From Chara braunii (taxonomy: Eukaryota > Plantae > Charophyceae): a DNA stretch of 64,000 nucleotides. The stretch lies in NCBI GenBank assembly GCA_003427395.1, contig BFEA01000004.1:8612993-8676992 (forward strand), read 5' to 3'. The notes under the pieces were generated by a model. It had not been told where the DNA came from. It did not search any database and saw only the letters and a program-made list of their open reading frames with translations. Positions within the stretch are counted from its first letter, which is position 1. Each line of letters starts with the position of its first letter. A program made the translations under genes and the position numbers. Shown here one piece after another: positions 60,721 to 64,000 of this stretch.

Positions 60721-61227
60721 ACACACAGAAATCAAAGCACATAACTGCTGCAGCCGCAGCAGCAGGAACAGCAGCTGCACCTGCTGTGGCAGCTGAGGTG
60801 CAGCTGTTGTTGCAGCTGCAGCTGCAAAGGAGGTGCAGCTGTTGCAGCTGCTGTTCCTGATGCTGCTGCTGTTGCAGCTGCTGTTCCTGCTGTTGTTGTT
60901 GCAGCCGCAACTACAGCAGATACAGCAGAAGCAGATGCAGCTGCATATGCAACTTCTGTTGAAGCAGCAGATGCAACCGCTGTTGCAGATGCAGATGCAA
61001 CCTCCCTGCGCTGATTCGGGCACTTCAGGGCCCGTTGGGTTAGACCCCCAATGAAAAAAAGATGTCACCAACGACTTGGCGGGGGCACCCAGGCCCTCAA
61101 AAACGGCCTGGGCACCGCCAAAATAAAATTTGAATCTTTTGGGAATCGGCCCCATCCGGACCTACCGGACCAAACACCAGACCCGGACTGTCTGAATCGG
61201 GATCCGGACGTCAGTCTGGCAACCATG
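60481..61227. mobile_element. Non-autonomous hAT-type element containing (CA)n and CAG/CTG repeats
   Basis: Imperfect TIR CATTGTTACC/GGCAACCATG, 8-bp TSD ATCTTTAC, CCGGAC subterminal motifs. Confidence 0.85.
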
Positions 61228-61615
61228 ATCTTTACTCACTCAACGTGTACCTTACAGAATGTCCCATTGATGTCAAATGCTCCAATAGCAAAAATCAATG
61301 ACTCAAGTAAACAATTGTTTTGAATGTTTAAAATGGCCCAAAATATCACAGAGAAACGAGGAGGAGCATGAGGGAGGAGACCTAGCATGCTTTTTTCCTT
61401 TTCTCTGACCATTTGGAAACTGAGACTGATGGTATGATCAGTCTGCCACTTCCCGATTTGAATGCTCACAATCAAAGACGCAATCTGACGGCAAGTCAAG
61501 ATTACAGATAAATATCGGATAAACTACAACAAAGAGTACCTTGATTCATTCAACAAGGAAAAAACTTCAAGCATAATGCTCCAAAAAGCCAGAGCGCACT
61601 CCACAGGTCACTTAC

Positions 61616-61714
61616 TTTATCATTCAGCTTCTTCCGGAGTTCTCGCTCTGCCTGAAGCTCTGTGTGCAGCTTCTCCCTCTCTCTTGATGCAGCCATTTCC
61701 GCATTCTTCTGATC
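61616..61714 (-). CDS. Host gene exon (DQKNAEMAASREREKLHTELQAERELRKKLNDK)
   Basis: tagcag acceptor, gtaagt donor, 99 nt, phase 0 to 0. Confidence 0.72.
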
Positions 61715-62159
61715 CTGCTAGCAGATATGCCCCAAAATGAATGACAAACAGGCAAAGGCAGTAATGGTAGATTTGTATATTGACTGTACACTACCACTAA
61801 AGTCTATAGAAGTTTATACTAAGCTTATAGTCATTATGGTTCACAGTGCTTGTCCATTATGGTTAAACTACAATGGCAAATACTCGTAGATAAACACCTT
61901 GCTTTGCTCAACCATAATATCTTAGATCAAATTAGAATGGCAGCACACCCTCCTTATAATATAATGAAACAGCGGCGGACGCGGCAGGTTTTGAGTTTGC
62001 AAAGGCAACAAAAAAAAAATGCCCACAAAGATATCACGGCGTGGGTTTGAAACGGCAATTTGGGTAGAAAAGAATCCATTGCTAGGCTACCAGACTGCCC
62101 GGGGACCACTTGCCCAGCCGGGCCAAAAACACAAAAAAAGATAAAAAAATAAAATTAGA

Positions 62160-63125
62160 ATTATTAGACTAAATTTCAATGGCCTAGGAAACATCTTAAC
62201 CGAAGAAGACAAACTCAGAGATATCCGGACGGGCCTGGTGGGGAAGGATATGCCTAAACCCGATCTGGTTCTTCTCCAAGAGACCCATCTGTCCAATCTG
62301 GACAGTCACACCAAGATACGCGGAGGATGGAGAGAACAGTAGGGGGATGTGCATTTGCACTATGGTCCAACAAAGAAGGCCAAAGCAAAAAAGGGACGGC
62401 TATACTCATCCCAAGAACATCCAAGATTCTGACCGAGGGACAAATCCTGAATAGCGAGGGCGACGGCGAGGAAGGGAGATGGTCTTGGTTAGACATTAGG
62501 TGGCAAGAAGAAGACTTGAGAATTCTCAACCTATATGCACCTAACACGGAATCCGAAAGACTGACCTTCTTTGAGAACATCAAAACCCTTATCCCCAACC
62601 CGCAGCCGATAGTCATCGCAGGAGATTGGAACATGACCCTGGACCCCAACCTGGACCGGATCTCAAGGACAGCACAAATAGGACCCACAAGAGCGGGCAC
62701 CCGGATTCGCAACCTGATGACATAATTCGAACTCATGGACCCACTCAGGGCAATGCATCCGAACAAAAAAATATTTTCCCGGATAAGGAAGAACCAAGCC
62801 AATCGGACATCACTGTCCAGAATTGACTACTTCCTCATATTTGAGAGTCTATTAGGCACAGTTAAAGAGGCCGAGATCCTCCCATATGCAGCCTTCAAAG
62901 GTCTGGATCACAAACCTATTCAATTGCTGCTTAACTTCAACTCACCCGTTGAAACAGGTCAGGGATTCTTGAGATTGAACAACTCCCTCATAACGGCCAA
63001 AAGATGGCTGCGGTAGTCAAAGAAAACTGGTCCCTCAATAAACAACGCAAGTTCAAATAAACAAATAGACACCAATGGTTCATCGACAGCTACGCAGAAC
63101 TAACACAAACAGGATCAGCAGAATC
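62160..63125 (+). mobile_element. LINE ORF2 APE-endonuclease fragment
   Basis: LLQETHL, GTAILI, LNLYAPN, AGDWN, SRIDYFL and LDHKPI motifs. Confidence 0.88.
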
Positions 63126-63132
63126 ACGAGAT

Positions 63133-64000
63133 TCAGCGCGCGTGTTCAACATTGAGGATTTGGACCCGTTGACGCCCGAGGATTTTGCATGGCTACCTCT
63201 CCCTTCCACCGGCTGCTTACCGGAGCCGCAATGCGCAGCTCTTCGCACTCATTTGCATACATACCTAGCCTTCTATGCACCACCAACTTCGCCTACGGAG
63301 GACGAGGTCGCGGTGGGGGACATCCTTGCGTATGTGAGCAAGGTGGCCCGCGAGTTTCGCACGCAGCGGTACGACGACAACAACGCACCGCTCCTTTATG
63401 TCCGCATCCAAATCGGGCAAGCGTCCTGCAGCGCTTTGCTGGATAGCAGCGTGACTCGCAACTTCATTAGCCAGTCCTTCATGCAAAGGGTCGGCCTTGG
63501 ACCACAAGTTCGAAGGAAGGCACACCCTACGACGATCAAGTTGGCGGACGGTCAAACGCAACAACTCCTTGATCGCTACATCGAAGCCGTCCCGGTTTAT
63601 TTCGCACCTCATGCATGCGAACCGGTGACGTTCGACGTCTTGGACACAGACTTCGACATCATTTTGGGCATGCCTTGGCTCGCAAGTGCGGATCACACGG
63701 TCAACTTCCATCGGCGGACACTTACGGTTCGCGACGCGTTTGGCGCCGAAGTACCATGTACGATTCCCCCTCCGCACCCTTCGATTCGGTGCCAAGTTGT
63801 AACCGCCAAGTCTTTTCGGGCCACTTGCGCTTACGAGCGGACCGAAGAGATCGGCTTACGTTTTCTTCGAACCGTCGCGGTAGCCGACTCTCAACCTACG
63901 GACTTGTCTTCAGACCCCCGGGTGGTGCGGTTGCTCGACGAATTTGCCGATGTCTTCGAGTCACCTACCGGCGTGGTGCCGGATCGGCCGATCTCACACG
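63133..64000 (+). mobile_element. Ty3/Gypsy pol fragment (aspartic protease), runs off the window
   Basis: APLLYVRIQIGQASCSALLDSSVTRNFIS...FDIILGMPWL; same family as the 17190-17700 remnant; no LTR at its left junction. Confidence 0.88.

Noticed and set aside
60560-61054. Poly-Q protein ORFs
   Set aside because: Trinucleotide and CA repeats inside a non-autonomous DNA transposon.

Overview
Eukaryotic nuclear DNA dominated by transposable elements, probably from a charophyte alga such as Chara (inferred from the intron-containing plastid ndhA/ndhI insert, TTTAGGG repeats and plant-type snRNAs; no database check was possible). The window opens with a decayed plastid insertion (ndhI and ndhA exon 2 with its group II intron end). 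A spliced minus-strand host gene for a long coiled-coil protein can be traced through at least nine small exons from 61714 to 5961, and most neighbouring exons are phase-compatible. Its introns are packed with L1/Tx1-like LINEs (one near full length, about 10.5 kb), a decayed chromodomain Ty3/Gypsy element with both LTRs, a non-autonomous LTR element, hAT- and Tc1/mariner-type MITEs, tRNA-derived SINEs and snRNA retrocopies (U6, U2). The most striking structure is a 13.5-kb head-to-tail stack (LINE, LINE, U6, U2). Its units are separated by five copies of one 16-bp target, AAAACAGAGAAAGATT, inside an older LINE whose reading frame rejoins when the stack is removed. Diverged LINEs also share a multi-hairpin 3' tail with compensatory base changes.
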